Source: Nocardioides psychrotolerans
Lineage (GTDB): Bacteria; Actinomycetota; Actinomycetes; Propionibacteriales; Nocardioidaceae
Assembly (NCBI RefSeq): GCF_943371775.1
Contig: NZ_CALRWD010000015.1
Location: 5,021-69,020 of the forward strand
Reading direction: 5' to 3'
DNA length: 64,000 nt
Under the pieces are notes generated by a model. The model saw only the letters and a list, made by a program, of their open reading frames with translations. It made no database searches and was not told the DNA's origin. How positions within the stretch are numbered: the stretch's first letter is position 1; every line of letters begins with the position of its first letter. Shown piece by piece: positions 35,677 through 45,800 of this stretch. The translations under genes were made by a program, and so were the position numbers.

Positions 35677-37533
35677 ATGAGTCAGGGAGACATGAGCGAC
35701 GAGCGAGCAGACGGCCGGGGGTCGACCCGAGCCGGTTTCGCCGTCCTCGGGGTGGCCATCAGGCGCGAGCCCTGGATCTTCACGCTGTCGACGCTCGGGA
35801 GCGTGCTCTTCGGTGCGCTGACCGTGGCCGACGCGTGGGTGCTGGGCTGGTCCACCGACAACGTCGTGCTGCCCGCCTTCGAGACCGGTGAGGTGGGGGC
35901 GGGGTCGCTCGTCGCCATCCTCGCGCTCTTCCTCGGCGTCGCGATCCTGCGCGCGGTCGGCATCGTCGCGCGCCGACTCGGGGCCGGGATCATGCAATAC
36001 CGCATGCAGGCCCGCACCCGTCGCGCTGTGACCCGGCAATACCTCTCGCTGCCCATGGAGTGGCACCAGCGCCACCCGACGGGCGAGCTGCTGAGCAACG
36101 CCAACTCCGACGTCGAGGCCGCCTGGGGGCCGATCGCGCCGCTCCCGATGGCCGTCGGCACGGTCGCGATGATGGTGATCGCGGTCGTCCAGATGTTCCT
36201 GGCCGACCTGGTGCTCGCGCTGGTCGGGCTGCTGGTCTTCCCGGCCGTCATCGCGGTCAACGTCATCTACCAGCACCTCGCGCAGGGCTGGATGACCCGG
36301 GCGCAGCAGCTGCGGGCCGAGGTCAGCGAGATCGCCCACGAGTCCTTCGACGGAGCGATGGTCGTCAAGACCCTCGGCCGCGAGCCGGAGGAGACCGCGC
36401 GCTTCGCCGCCAAGGCCGAGGAGCTGCGCGACGTCAACATCCGCGTCGGGCGGATCCGGGCCGCCTTCGACCCGGCGCTCGCGGCACTGCCCGGCATCGG
36501 GGTGCTCTTCGTCCTCGCCTTCGGCGTCTCGCGCGTGCTCAGCGGCGCCACCGACGCCGGCGACGTCGTGACGGTCGCCTACCTCCTGACCATCGTCTCC
36601 TTCCCGATCCGCTCGATCGGCTGGCTGCTCGGCGAGTTCCCCCGCAGCGTCGTCGGCTACCGCCGCGTCCGCGCCGTCCTCGACGCCTCCGGCGAGATGG
36701 TCTTTGGCGAGTCCCCGGCGACCGCGGGACGCTCCGGGGCCCGGCTGGACGTCGACGGCCTCGGCTACCGCTACGTCCCCGACCAGCCGCTGCTCGAGGA
36801 CCTGTCCTTCAGCGTCGAGCCCGGCCGCACGGTCGCGCTCGTGGGGGCGACCGCGTCGGGCAAGAGCACCCTCACGACCCTGCTCACCCGTCTCGTCGAC
36901 CCCGACTCCGGACAGGTCGTGGTCGACGGGACCGACGTGCGCGACCTCGCCCCCGGGCAGCTGGCGTCCATGGTCTCGCTCGTGCCACAGACCGCGTTCC
37001 TCTTCGACGACACGGTGCGCGGCAACATCACGCTCGGCGCCGACGTCAGTGACGCTGACGTGTGGGAGGCCCTGCGCATCGCCCAGGGCGACGGCTTCGT
37101 CGCGGCCCTTCCCGACGGTCTCGACGCCCGTCTGGGGGAGCGCGGCACATCGCTGTCCGGCGGGCAGCGCCAGCGCATCTCGCTGGCCCGCGCCCTCGTA
37201 CGCCGCCCGCGGCTGCTGATCCTGGACGACGCCACCTCCGCGGTCGACCCCGAGGTCGAAGCCCGGATCCTCGCCGGCCTTCGCTCGGGTCTGGCCGCCG
37301 GGGAGGGTGACGACGCGAGCGGGTCCACCCTGGTCGTCGTCGCCTACCGCAAGGCGACGATCGGGCTGGCCGACGAGGTGCTCCACCTCGAGGACGGCCG
37401 CATCGCCGACCGTGGCACCCACGCCGAGCTCCTCGCGCGCAACCCGTCCTACGCCCACCTGGTCAACGCCTACGAGCAGGACCCCGAGCACGCCGGCCAC
37501 GCCGGCCCCGGAGGAGAGGGGGTGCGGACATGA
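35677..37533 (+). CDS. ABC exporter, fused permease/ATPase
   Basis: Six-TM N-terminal domain. Walker A GATASGKST, signature LSGGQRQRISLARAL, Walker B LLILDDATSAVD. The start could instead be ATG 35692. Confidence 0.9.
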   Translation: MSQGDMSDERADGRGSTRAGFAVLGVAIRREPWIFTLSTLGSVLFGALTVADAWVLGWSTDNVVLPAFETGEVGAGSLVAILALFLGVAILRAVGIVARRLGAGIMQYRMQARTRRAVTRQYLSLPMEWHQRHPTGELLSNANSDVEAAWGPIAPLPMAVGTVAMMVIAVVQMFLADLVLALVGLLVFPAVIAVNVIYQHLAQGWMTRAQQLRAEVSEIAHESFDGAMVVKTLGREPEETARFAAKAEELRDVNIRVGRIRAAFDPALAALPGIGVLFVLAFGVSRVLSGATDAGDVVTVAYLLTIVSFPIRSIGWLLGEFPRSVVGYRRVRAVLDASGEMVFGESPATAGRSGARLDVDGLGYRYVPDQPLLEDLSFSVEPGRTVALVGATASGKSTLTTLLTRLVDPDSGQVVVDGTDVRDLAPGQLASMVSLVPQTAFLFDDTVRGNITLGADVSDADVWEALRIAQGDGFVAALPDGLDARLGERGTSLSGGQRQRISLARALVRRPRLLILDDATSAVDPEVEARILAGLRSGLAAGEGDDASGSTLVVVAYRKATIGLADEVLHLEDGRIADRGTHAELLARNPSYAHLVNAYEQDPEHAGHAGPGGEGVRT

Positions 37534-39344
37534 CGACCACCCAGCAGCCCAAGGCCGACGGCTCGACGGTCATGGAGACCGGCGAGGACATCGGCGCGAT
37601 GGAGACCATCCGTCGAGGCATCGGCCACTCGCCCGAGCTCAAGGAAGGCATCCGCGGCACCCTCCTGCTGGCCGTCCTCGCATCGGTCGGTCAGGTCATC
37701 GTGCCGATCGCCGTCCAGCAGACCCTCGACCGCGGGCTCAACGGTCCGGACGGACCCGACGTGTCCTACACGGCCTGGATGGGGGTGGCGGCCGCCGTCG
37801 GCATCCTGATCACCAGCTATGCCTCCTACGCGATGACGACGCGCCTCTTCACCACCTCCGAGCGGGGCCTGGCGACGCTGCGCATCAAGGCCTTCCGCCA
37901 CGTCCACGACCTGCCGCTCCTCACGCAGAACACCGAGCGCCGTGGCGCTCTCGTCTCCCGTGTCACGAGTGACGTCGACCAGGTCAGCCAGTTCCTCGTG
38001 TTCGGTGGGCTGCTCTTCGTCGTGAGCGTCGGCCAGGTCCTGATCGCGACGATCGTGATGCTGTTCTACAGCTGGCAGCTCGCCCTCGTGGTGTGGCTGT
38101 GCTTCGCGCCCCTGTTCCTCTCGTTGCGTTTCTTCCAGCGCAAGCTGTCCGATGCCTACAGCACCGTTCGACGCCAGGTGGGCTTCCTGCTCTCGGCGAT
38201 CTCCGAGCCCGTCGTCGGTGCCGCGGTCGTGCGCTCCTACGCCGTCGAGGCCCGCACGCAGACCCGCATCGACGAGGCCATCTCAGCTCACCAGGTCGCC
38301 AGCACCCGCGCCCAGGGCTTCACCGCCTTCTCGTTCTCCCTCGGCGGCGTCTCGGCCGGCCTGGCCAACGCCGGAGTGCTGATCGTCGGCATCTGGCTCG
38401 GCTTCGCCGGCGACATCACCGCCGGTGAGGTGCTGGCCTTCGCGTTCCTCGTGACGCTCTTCGTCGGCCCCGTCCAGATGGGCACCCAGATCCTCACCGA
38501 CGCGCAGAACGCCATCGCCGGCTGGCGTCGCGTCATCGGCATCCTCGACACCCCCGCCGACCTCGTCGACCCGGGTGCCGACGGCGAGGTGCTGCCGCGC
38601 GGCCCGATCGACGTACGGTTCGAGGACGTGGAGTTCGCCTATCCCGGTGGCCCCCCGGTCCTGCGTGACGTCACGCTCGCCATCGACGCTGGTCGCCGCG
38701 TCGCGATCGTGGGGGAGACCGGCTCGGGCAAGTCCACCTTCGCCAAGCTCCTCACCCGGCTGATGGATCCCTCGAGCGGGTCGGTCCTGCTCGACGGCGT
38801 CGACGTGCGACAGATCTCCGAGCGGTCGCTGCGCAAGAGCGTCGTGCTGGTGCCGCAGGAGGGCTTCCTCTTCGACGACACGATCACCGCCAACGTCCGC
38901 TACGGCAAGCTCGACGCCACGGAGGCCGAGATCCTCGCCAGCGCCGAGGAGCTGGGCCTCTCGGACTGGGTCGCCGGCCTGCCGCACGGCCTCGAGACCC
39001 TGGTCGGTCAGCGTGGTGAGTCGCTCTCCGCCGGGGAGCGCCAGCTGGTCGCGCTGCTGCGCGCCCACCTCGCCGACCCCGACCTGCTGGTCCTCGACGA
39101 GGCCACCAGCGCCGTCGACCCCGCTCTCGAGATGCGCATCGGCCGTGCGCTCGAGCGTCTGATGAGCGGCCGCACGTCGGTCACCATCGCCCACCGCCTC
39201 TCCACCGCCGAGGGCGCTGACGAGGTCGTGGTCGTCGACCAGGGCCGCGTGGTGCAGCGTGGTCACCACAGCGTGCTGAGGGCCGAGGAGGGCTCGGTCT
39301 ACGCCGGGCTGCACGCCTCGTGGGTCGCCCAGCAGGGGCAGTAA
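37530..39344 (+). CDS. ABC exporter, fused permease/ATPase (heterodimer partner)
   Basis: ATGA overlap with the previous gene. GETGSGKST, LSAGERQLVALLRA, LLVLDEATSAVD. Confidence 0.9.
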   Translation: MTTTQQPKADGSTVMETGEDIGAMETIRRGIGHSPELKEGIRGTLLLAVLASVGQVIVPIAVQQTLDRGLNGPDGPDVSYTAWMGVAAAVGILITSYASYAMTTRLFTTSERGLATLRIKAFRHVHDLPLLTQNTERRGALVSRVTSDVDQVSQFLVFGGLLFVVSVGQVLIATIVMLFYSWQLALVVWLCFAPLFLSLRFFQRKLSDAYSTVRRQVGFLLSAISEPVVGAAVVRSYAVEARTQTRIDEAISAHQVASTRAQGFTAFSFSLGGVSAGLANAGVLIVGIWLGFAGDITAGEVLAFAFLVTLFVGPVQMGTQILTDAQNAIAGWRRVIGILDTPADLVDPGADGEVLPRGPIDVRFEDVEFAYPGGPPVLRDVTLAIDAGRRVAIVGETGSGKSTFAKLLTRLMDPSSGSVLLDGVDVRQISERSLRKSVVLVPQEGFLFDDTITANVRYGKLDATEAEILASAEELGLSDWVAGLPHGLETLVGQRGESLSAGERQLVALLRAHLADPDLLVLDEATSAVDPALEMRIGRALERLMSGRTSVTIAHRLSTAEGADEVVVVDQGRVVQRGHHSVLRAEEGSVYAGLHASWVAQQGQ

Positions 39345-39387
39345 CGCATCACCGCATTTCAGCGCAGCAGAATGCGTCGAATGGGTG

Positions 39388-39416
39388 GTCCCGGTTTAGT
39401 CCACCGGGACTAATTT
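39388..39416 (+). terminator. Hairpin terminator after the ABC exporter operon
   Basis: GTCCCGG-tttagtcca-CCGGGAC followed by TAATTT. Confidence 0.5.
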
Positions 39417-39531
39417 GCCCCCTTGGGCATTGATTTCGTGTGACAGCGATAACACCCTCCCCGACCCGCCGTTGTGTGCGTGCCGGCCCAGACGCGGGCC
39501 TGCCGGTGCTCCCCGGAAGAGGTATCCCCCC

Positions 39532-42500
39532 ATGCGTTCTGCTGCATCCTCGTCAGCCCTGAGACGAGCCCTCCCTGTCGTGTTCCTCGCAGTGCTCGCG
39601 CTGTTGATGGGTGGGCTCGCGCCCGCCCAGGCCGCCGGGATCGTGTCCGGCAAGGTCACGGATGCCTCGGCGATTGGTGGCCCCGGGCTCGGTGGCGTCA
39701 CGGTCACGTTGACTCCCCAGGCGCCGACGACCGGTGCGACGCAGACCGCCACCACCGCCAGCGACGGCTCGTATGCCTTCACCAGCGCCCCCAACGGCTC
39801 CTATGCCGTGAAGTTCCAGAAGGCCGCCTACGACCCTCAGGACGGTCCCGTCATCACGTTCGCTGACGCGGCGCCGGACAGGACGGGAACGGACGCGGCG
39901 CTAGAGAACACCACGCAAAGCCAGATCGGCGGTCGGGTGGAGAACATCGCCGACACCGGGCTGCAGGACGTCACCGTGACCGTCCAGCGACGCGTCGCAT
40001 CCGGCTCGAGCGCGGAGCCGACCTACCAGGACGTAGCGACGACCACGACCAAGCCCAACGGCACCTGGGCAGTCTTCGTGCCTTTCGGCTCCTACGTCGT
40101 GCGTTTCACGGCGTCGGCCTTCAGCACTGCTTACTACAAGGCGGACACGGAGTTCGGTGCCGCGGATCCCGACGACGCCGGCGCAAGCGATGTGGAGAAG
40201 GGCGCGCCGACCGGTGGCCTGGACGTCACGATGCGGGCCAACAACGTCGCGTTCTCCGGCAAGGTCGTCACCGGCGCCGCCAAGGATCCTGTCTCCGGCG
40301 TCCAGGTGCGCGTCGAGTACTCCGTCACCCAGGCGTCGGGCATCGTGACCCAGGAGGTCGCGGCCTCGACCACGACCGCGCAGAACGGCACCTACTCCCT
40401 GGCCGCACCCACGGCTGCCGGTCGCTCCTACACGATCAGCTACATCTCGACCGGCTTCCCGACCCGCTTCTACACCGACCCCACTGCGCCGGCACCGGCC
40501 CCCACCGAGGGAACCCCTGACCGCGCTGGCGCACGCACCTTCCCGGCCGAGCCCGGCAGCACCACGCTCGCCGATCTGCGCCTGGTCCCCGGCAGCGCCG
40601 TCACTGGCCGCGTGACCGACGTGGGGGGAGCCCCCCTCAGTGGCGTTGCCGTCACCCCCGTCGTCTTCGAGACGACCCCGACGCCGTGGGGCCCGACCGC
40701 GATCGCGGGCGCGGTCACGACCCGCGCCGACGGTACCTACGAGGTGCCGGTCGCTCAAAGCAATCAGCCCTTCCGGCTGCGCTTCACCAGCCCCGGCCGC
40801 ACCACCACGTTCTTCCCCAGCGCCAGCGTCGCGGAGGAGGGCACCAACATCTCCGTCGCCGCCAACCAGGTGCTGTCCGGGCGCGACGTGGTCCTGCCCA
40901 ACCTGAGCCTGTTGTCCGGGACCGTCACAGAGCCCAATGGCGCGGTCACCACGTCGGTCGCCGGCGCCACCGTCAAGCCTTACCGCCTCGTCACCTTCAC
41001 CACCGCTGGTGAGCAGGGAGGACCCTCGCGCACCGAGTGGCGCCAGGTCCTCACGCCCACCGGATCGCCCCTGGCCGCGAACGTCACCTCCGGTGCCGGC
41101 TACTCCCTCGCGCTGCCGGCAGGCTCCTACCGCCTGCGCTTCGACGGTCCCGGCTTCGGTGAGCGCGGCTTCCTGCCCGGTCTCGTGGGCCTTGACGATG
41201 CGCCGTCGGTCACGGTTGCCCGCCAGCAGTCCCTGACCGGCCAGGCGTTCGCCCTCTCGGGCAAGCAGCTCCTGCAGGGCACCGTCTCCAACGGCGCCGG
41301 CGCGCCTGTGCCCGGCACGCCCGTGTTCCCCGCCTACCGCTTCGTCGCGGACGTCGAGGACGGCGCTCCGGTCACCGAGCTCGTCGACCCCACTTCGTTC
41401 TCGCAGCCTGTGACGCAGGCTGACGGGTCCTACTCGCTGACCGTGCGCCATCGCACCTACCGTGTAAAGGCCGGGTCGGCCGACGCCGTGCGCTACTCCC
41501 CGCGCGCGACGTCCTTCGAGGAGGCCGACGAGGTGGTCGTGGCGGACAACGTCGTCACCGGCGTCGACATCGAGCTCGCGACCGGGGCCCCCTCCAACAT
41601 CCACCTGCCGTGGATCTCGGGCCTCAACCAGCAGGGCCAGACCCTGACGGCCAACAACGGCACCTGGTCGCGCGACGACCTGACGTTCACCTACGCGTGG
41701 TTCGGCGTGGACACCGACGGCAACCGCACCGCCAACCCCGTCTCGACCGCGCGGACGTACACCATCCCGGCGGCACCGATCCTGCCCCTCCCGGGCGGAG
41801 GCTCGACGGCGTCGGCCTTCTACGACCTGATCGTGACCGCGTCGGCGACGGGCGAGACCGCAGTGCCCGCCACGGCCAAGCGCACGGGTCGTGTGGGCGC
41901 AGGCACCCCCGACATCGAGAACCGCCAGATCCCGATCGTGACCGGCAAGGCTGCGGTGGGGGAGACCCTGACCGGCACCGACGGTCAGTGGAGCAAGGCG
42001 GGGACCTACACCTACCAGTGGTTCGCCGGAGCCCAGGCGATCACGGGTGCCACGAGCAAGACCTTCACCATCACGTCGGCCCAGCTGGGCAAGCAGCTCA
42101 AGCTGCGGGTCACCGAGACGAGCGGGTCGACCCCCTCGGGTGGTGAGGTCGTCGACTCGAAGTCCACGGTCCAGGTCGTCTCCGGCGCGCTGCGCAACAC
42201 GGCCCTGCCGACGATCACCGGTGAGACCAAGGTCGGCAAGACGCTGACCGCGACCCCCGGCACGTGGTCGACGCCCAGCCCGACGTTCGCCTACCAGTGG
42301 CTGGCCAACGGCCAGGTCATCAGCGGTGCCACGGCGATCACGTTCGTGCCGACGGCGGCCGAGGCAGGCAAGAGCCTCGTGGTCCGCGTGATCGCAACGT
42401 CGCCCGGCTTCAGCTCGGGGGTGGCCTCCTCCGCGCCGACCGAGGCCATCGGCACCGACGCGATCGTCAACAACGCCCTGCCGACTATCTCCGGCTCCCC

Positions 42501-43557
42501 GGTGGTGGGCGGGACGCTGACCACGACCAACGGCACCTGGACCCCGGTCCCGACGTCGTTCGCCTACCAGTGGCTCGCCGACGGTACGGCGATCAGCGGG
42601 GCGACCGCCGCCTCCTACGTCCCCGTCGCGGGTGACGTCGGCAAGCGGCTGTCGGTCCGCGTGACAGCCAAGCGCGCCGGGAGCTCCGACGGTGTCGCGA
42701 CCTCGACCCAGACGGTCGCCGTCAAGCAGTCCGACTTCGTCAACAACACCGCGCCGATCGTCTCCGGCACGGCCGCGGTCGGCTCGCCCCTGACGGCCAG
42801 CACCGGCACGTGGACGCCGACCCCGACGTCCTTCGGCTACCAGTGGCTGGCCGACGGGACGCCGATCGCCGGCGCGACGGGCACGTCGTACACACCGGTC
42901 GCCGGCAACGTGGGTCGCCGGATCTCTGTGACGGTCACCGCCCGCAAGGACGGTCTCGCCGACGGCACGGCCACCTCGCTGCAGACCGCTGCGGTCACCG
43001 ACGAGCCGGCCGCAGAGCCGGTCGAGGTCACCTCGGGTCCGCGCATCGCCGGCACCCCGCGGCCGGGCAACATCCTGGTCGCCAACGCCGGCAGCTTCAC
43101 GCCCTCCACGGCGCGTGCCACCTTCCAGTGGCTGCGCTCGGGCGTGCCGGTGCCGGGCGAGACCGACGGCACCTACGCCGTCGGTGGCAACGACCTCGGC
43201 ACGCGACTGTCGGTGCGAGTGACCTACACGCCGACGTCCGGCGACCCCGTGGTCCGCACGTCGTCCGCCACGGCGCTGGTCAAGACCGCCGCGGTGCTCA
43301 CGACTCGGGTCGTCGGCGAGCAGCGTCCCCTGACCCTCAACGTCCGGGTGCGCGCCGACAACGCCAACCCCGTGCAGGGCACGGTGCGCGTGCTCAGCGA
43401 CGGCGTGCAGGTCGCCAGCGGGAAGCTGCGCAACGGCCAGGTCGTGCTGCGACTGCGCGGGCTCAAGCCCGGACGCCAGGTCGTCAAGGTGGTCTACGGC
43501 GGCGAGGCCCGGGTCATCGGCCAGAGCGTCGTGCGCAAGGTCACCGTCCGACGATGA
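39532..43557 (+). CDS. Large secreted repeat protein (1341 aa): CarboxypepD_reg-like beta-sandwich repeats, then six ~80-aa Ig-like tandem repeats
   Basis: ATG 39532 with signal peptide ...LMGGLAPAQAAG. Repeated G.V.D..G.PL.GV.V motifs in the N-terminal half. Six copies of N..LP.I.G...VG.TLT...GTW...P.sF.YQW.A.G..I.GAT...Y.P.....G..L.V.VTA span about 41590-43250. Confidence 0.85.
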   Translation: MRSAASSSALRRALPVVFLAVLALLMGGLAPAQAAGIVSGKVTDASAIGGPGLGGVTVTLTPQAPTTGATQTATTASDGSYAFTSAPNGSYAVKFQKAAYDPQDGPVITFADAAPDRTGTDAALENTTQSQIGGRVENIADTGLQDVTVTVQRRVASGSSAEPTYQDVATTTTKPNGTWAVFVPFGSYVVRFTASAFSTAYYKADTEFGAADPDDAGASDVEKGAPTGGLDVTMRANNVAFSGKVVTGAAKDPVSGVQVRVEYSVTQASGIVTQEVAASTTTAQNGTYSLAAPTAAGRSYTISYISTGFPTRFYTDPTAPAPAPTEGTPDRAGARTFPAEPGSTTLADLRLVPGSAVTGRVTDVGGAPLSGVAVTPVVFETTPTPWGPTAIAGAVTTRADGTYEVPVAQSNQPFRLRFTSPGRTTTFFPSASVAEEGTNISVAANQVLSGRDVVLPNLSLLSGTVTEPNGAVTTSVAGATVKPYRLVTFTTAGEQGGPSRTEWRQVLTPTGSPLAANVTSGAGYSLALPAGSYRLRFDGPGFGERGFLPGLVGLDDAPSVTVARQQSLTGQAFALSGKQLLQGTVSNGAGAPVPGTPVFPAYRFVADVEDGAPVTELVDPTSFSQPVTQADGSYSLTVRHRTYRVKAGSADAVRYSPRATSFEEADEVVVADNVVTGVDIELATGAPSNIHLPWISGLNQQGQTLTANNGTWSRDDLTFTYAWFGVDTDGNRTANPVSTARTYTIPAAPILPLPGGGSTASAFYDLIVTASATGETAVPATAKRTGRVGAGTPDIENRQIPIVTGKAAVGETLTGTDGQWSKAGTYTYQWFAGAQAITGATSKTFTITSAQLGKQLKLRVTETSGSTPSGGEVVDSKSTVQVVSGALRNTALPTITGETKVGKTLTATPGTWSTPSPTFAYQWLANGQVISGATAITFVPTAAEAGKSLVVRVIATSPGFSSGVASSAPTEAIGTDAIVNNALPTISGSPVVGGTLTTTNGTWTPVPTSFAYQWLADGTAISGATAASYVPVAGDVGKRLSVRVTAKRAGSSDGVATSTQTVAVKQSDFVNNTAPIVSGTAAVGSPLTASTGTWTPTPTSFGYQWLADGTPIAGATGTSYTPVAGNVGRRISVTVTARKDGLADGTATSLQTAAVTDEPAAEPVEVTSGPRIAGTPRPGNILVANAGSFTPSTARATFQWLRSGVPVPGETDGTYAVGGNDLGTRLSVRVTYTPTSGDPVVRTSSATALVKTAAVLTTRVVGEQRPLTLNVRVRADNANPVQGTVRVLSDGVQVASGKLRNGQVVLRLRGLKPGRQVVKVVYGGEARVIGQSVVRKVTVRR

Positions 43558-43584
43558 CCGCGGGGGCGTGACGGTTCGTCAGGC

Positions 43585-43962
43585 ATGAGGCAGGGCGGCG
43601 ATACTGGGTCGGTGGAGACACTCGACCCGGCCATCGCCGCCCTGCTCAAGCGTTCGGCCGAAGGACTGGTGCCGGCCGTGGTCCAGCAGCACGACACCCT
43701 CGAGGTGCTGATGCTGGGCTGGATGGACGACGAGGCGCTGCACCGGACGCTGACGACGGGCCGCGCGACCTACTGGAGCCGCTCGCGCCGGGAGTACTGG
43801 GTCAAGGGCGACACGTCCGGCCACGTCCAGTGGGTCAAGGACGTCCGCCTCGACTGCGACGGCGACACCCTGCTGGTCAAGGTCGACCAGGAGGGCGCCG
43901 CCTGCCACACCGGGGACCGCACCTGCTTCGACGCCGTCGAGCTCATCGCGACGACGCCGTGA
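43585..43962 (+). CDS. hisI: Phosphoribosyl-AMP cyclohydrolase
   Basis: [26 protein letters not shown]...YWSRSR...[11 protein letters not shown]...[21 protein letters not shown]. The start may be GTG 43612. Confidence 0.9.
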   Translation: MRQGGDTGSVETLDPAIAALLKRSAEGLVPAVVQQHDTLEVLMLGWMDDEALHRTLTTGRATYWSRSRREYWVKGDTSGHVQWVKDVRLDCDGDTLLVKVDQEGAACHTGDRTCFDAVELIATTP

Positions 43963-44537
43963 CGGACCAGCCGAGGTCGACCTTCGGGCCTACGGTGCTG
44001 GCCGGTCTGGTCACCGCGGGCTTCACGGCCATCGCGACCAACCAGACCCTGGCCACTGCGCGGCCCACCGAGAGCGGCATCGTCTACTCCGACCTCCAGG
44101 AGGGCTCCCAGGTCCCTCTGGGCCTGACGCTCAGCCTGGTGGTCCTCGCCTGCTGGGGCGTCGTGCTCGTCACCCGTCGCGTCGTACGACGAGGGGTCGC
44201 CGTGCTCGGGCTCCTCGCCGCGATCGGGGCTGCGGCGTCCGTGGTGCTCGCTCGGGGGATGATCCTCGACTCCTACCGCGACGACTTCCGCGACATCGGC
44301 GCGACTCCTGTCGTCGACTTCAGCTGGTGGTACTGGCTGGCGCTCTTCCTGTCGGTCCTCGCCGTCCTGCCGGCTGCCGTGGCCGTGCTCCGCGTGGGTC
44401 GCTGGCCCGAGATGGGCACCCGTTACGACGCGCCGGGGGACCAGGAGATGGGCCGCGTGGGCGCGGCCGAGGACGAGGAGCCGTCCAGCCTCGATCTCTG
44501 GAAGGCCATCGACGAGGGTCGCGACCCGACCCGCTGA
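43959..44537 (+). CDS. Trp-biosynthesis-associated membrane protein (TIGR02234-like)
   Basis: GTG 43959 overlaps the hisI stop (GTGA). Four TM segments and the characteristic C-terminus [14 protein letters not shown]. Confidence 0.75.
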   Translation: MTDQPRSTFGPTVLAGLVTAGFTAIATNQTLATARPTESGIVYSDLQEGSQVPLGLTLSLVVLACWGVVLVTRRVVRRGVAVLGLLAAIGAAASVVLARGMILDSYRDDFRDIGATPVVDFSWWYWLALFLSVLAVLPAAVAVLRVGRWPEMGTRYDAPGDQEMGRVGAAEDEEPSSLDLWKAIDEGRDPTR

Positions 44538-44639
44538 CCCCACGGGTCGACCGGGCCTGAATAGAATGTCCACGCACCACCCGACGCCAACGAGATCCCG
44601 TGCGCACCTCGCCGCACGACCCATCGCAAGGAGCCCTGC

Positions 44640-44843
44640 ATGTCTGACAACCACGGCAACACTCCGGCTGCCTGGACGGCTGTGGTCGTCGCGCTGGTCG
44701 GCTTCGTGGTGGGAGGCGTCGGCCTGATGCTCAGCCCGATCAGCTTCGTCATCTTCTGGATCGGCGTGGTCATCACGCTGGCCTCCGGCGTGCTCTTCCT
44801 CATCATGGCCAAGATGGGCCTCCACGAGTCCGCGACGCACTGA
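44640..44843 (+). CDS. HGxxPAAW family small membrane protein
   Basis: MSDNHGNTPAAWTAVVV..., two TM helices, AAGGAG upstream. Confidence 0.8.
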   Translation: MSDNHGNTPAAWTAVVVALVGFVVGGVGLMLSPISFVIFWIGVVITLASGVLFLIMAKMGLHESATH

Positions 44844-44851
44844 CCGATGTC

Positions 44852-45298
44852 GTGACCCAGCAGCCGACGGCGCCCGCGCGCTCACCCGAGCGGCCCCCGC
44901 AGACGCGGGGGCAACGCCTCGTCGCGCCGCTGGTCACGATCGGCGCCCTCGGCGTCACCACCGTCGCCCTGCACGTCCGCGACCCGCACGCCGAGGGCAG
45001 CTGGGGCTTCTGCCCGAGCGCCGCGATGGGCTTCTGGTGCCCGGGCTGCGGAGGCCTCCGCGCCGTCAACGACCTCACCAACGGCCAGCTCGTCGACGCA
45101 GCCTCGAGCAACCTGGCCTTCATCGTCGCGCTGCCGTTCCTCGTCGCCGGCCTGGCGCTGTGGACGGTGGACCGCTGGCGGGGCCACCGTCGTCAGGTGT
45201 CGATGACGGCGGTCTCCCGCGTCGCGGTCACCGTGCTCGCGCTGATGGCCGTCTTCACGGTGCTGCGCAACCTGTCCGGGTCGTGGCTCGCGCCCTGA
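44852..45298 (+). CDS. DUF2752 domain membrane protein
   Basis: CPSAAMGFWCPGCGGLRA motif. Confidence 0.75.
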   Translation: MTQQPTAPARSPERPPQTRGQRLVAPLVTIGALGVTTVALHVRDPHAEGSWGFCPSAAMGFWCPGCGGLRAVNDLTNGQLVDAASSNLAFIVALPFLVAGLALWTVDRWRGHRRQVSMTAVSRVAVTVLALMAVFTVLRNLSGSWLAP

Positions 45299-45319
45299 GG
45301 CCGCGCGCCCGGACCCTGC

Positions 45320-45670
45320 CTAGCTGCCGAAGTTGCCCTCGTAGGTGACGTCGATCGCGCCGGTGGCGAAGAGGATCCAGTAGAGGACGCCCAGGACGAG
45401 GCCGACGATGCCGAGGATGAAGCCCCACTTGGCCTGACCCTCGCCCTTCTTGGCGCCCTGGGACTCGCGGATCTCCTTCTGCCCCAGCTTGCCGAGCACC
45501 ACGCCGGCGCCCGAGAAGACGAAGCAGCCCCAGAAGCAGGGGATGACGCCGATGATGCCGAGCACCAGGGCGGAGATCGCCATCACCGAGTTCTTGGGAG
45601 GCTGGGAGCCGTAGCCGTAGGGCTGCGGTGCGCCGTACTGAGGCGGCGGCGGGGGCTGGTCGTAGCTCAT
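45320..45670 (-). CDS. DUF4190 domain membrane protein with a Pro/Tyr/Gly-rich N-terminus
   Basis: MSYDQPPPPPQYGAPQPYGYGSQPP followed by two TM helices. Confidence 0.75.
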   Translation of the reverse strand: MSYDQPPPPPQYGAPQPYGYGSQPPKNSVMAISALVLGIIGVIPCFWGCFVFSGAGVVLGKLGQKEIRESQGAKKGEGQAKWGFILGIVGLVLGVLYWILFATGAIDVTYEGNFGS

Positions 45671-45800
45671 GGGGTTCCCTTCGACGTGGGCCGGTCCAGC
45701 GGCATGACCGCTGTCTGGACCCTAAGGCCTCGCGTGACAGACTCGTGGCAGCGCAGCGTCCGCGTCGCCTCCCGGCGCGGGACCGATCCAGGAGGTAGTC

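Noticed and set aside
45671-45800. Trp attenuator or leader peptide upstream of trpC.
   Set aside because: There is no short ORF with tandem Trp codons and no terminator/antiterminator pair, only one moderate hairpin (about 45689-45717) in a divergent promoter region.
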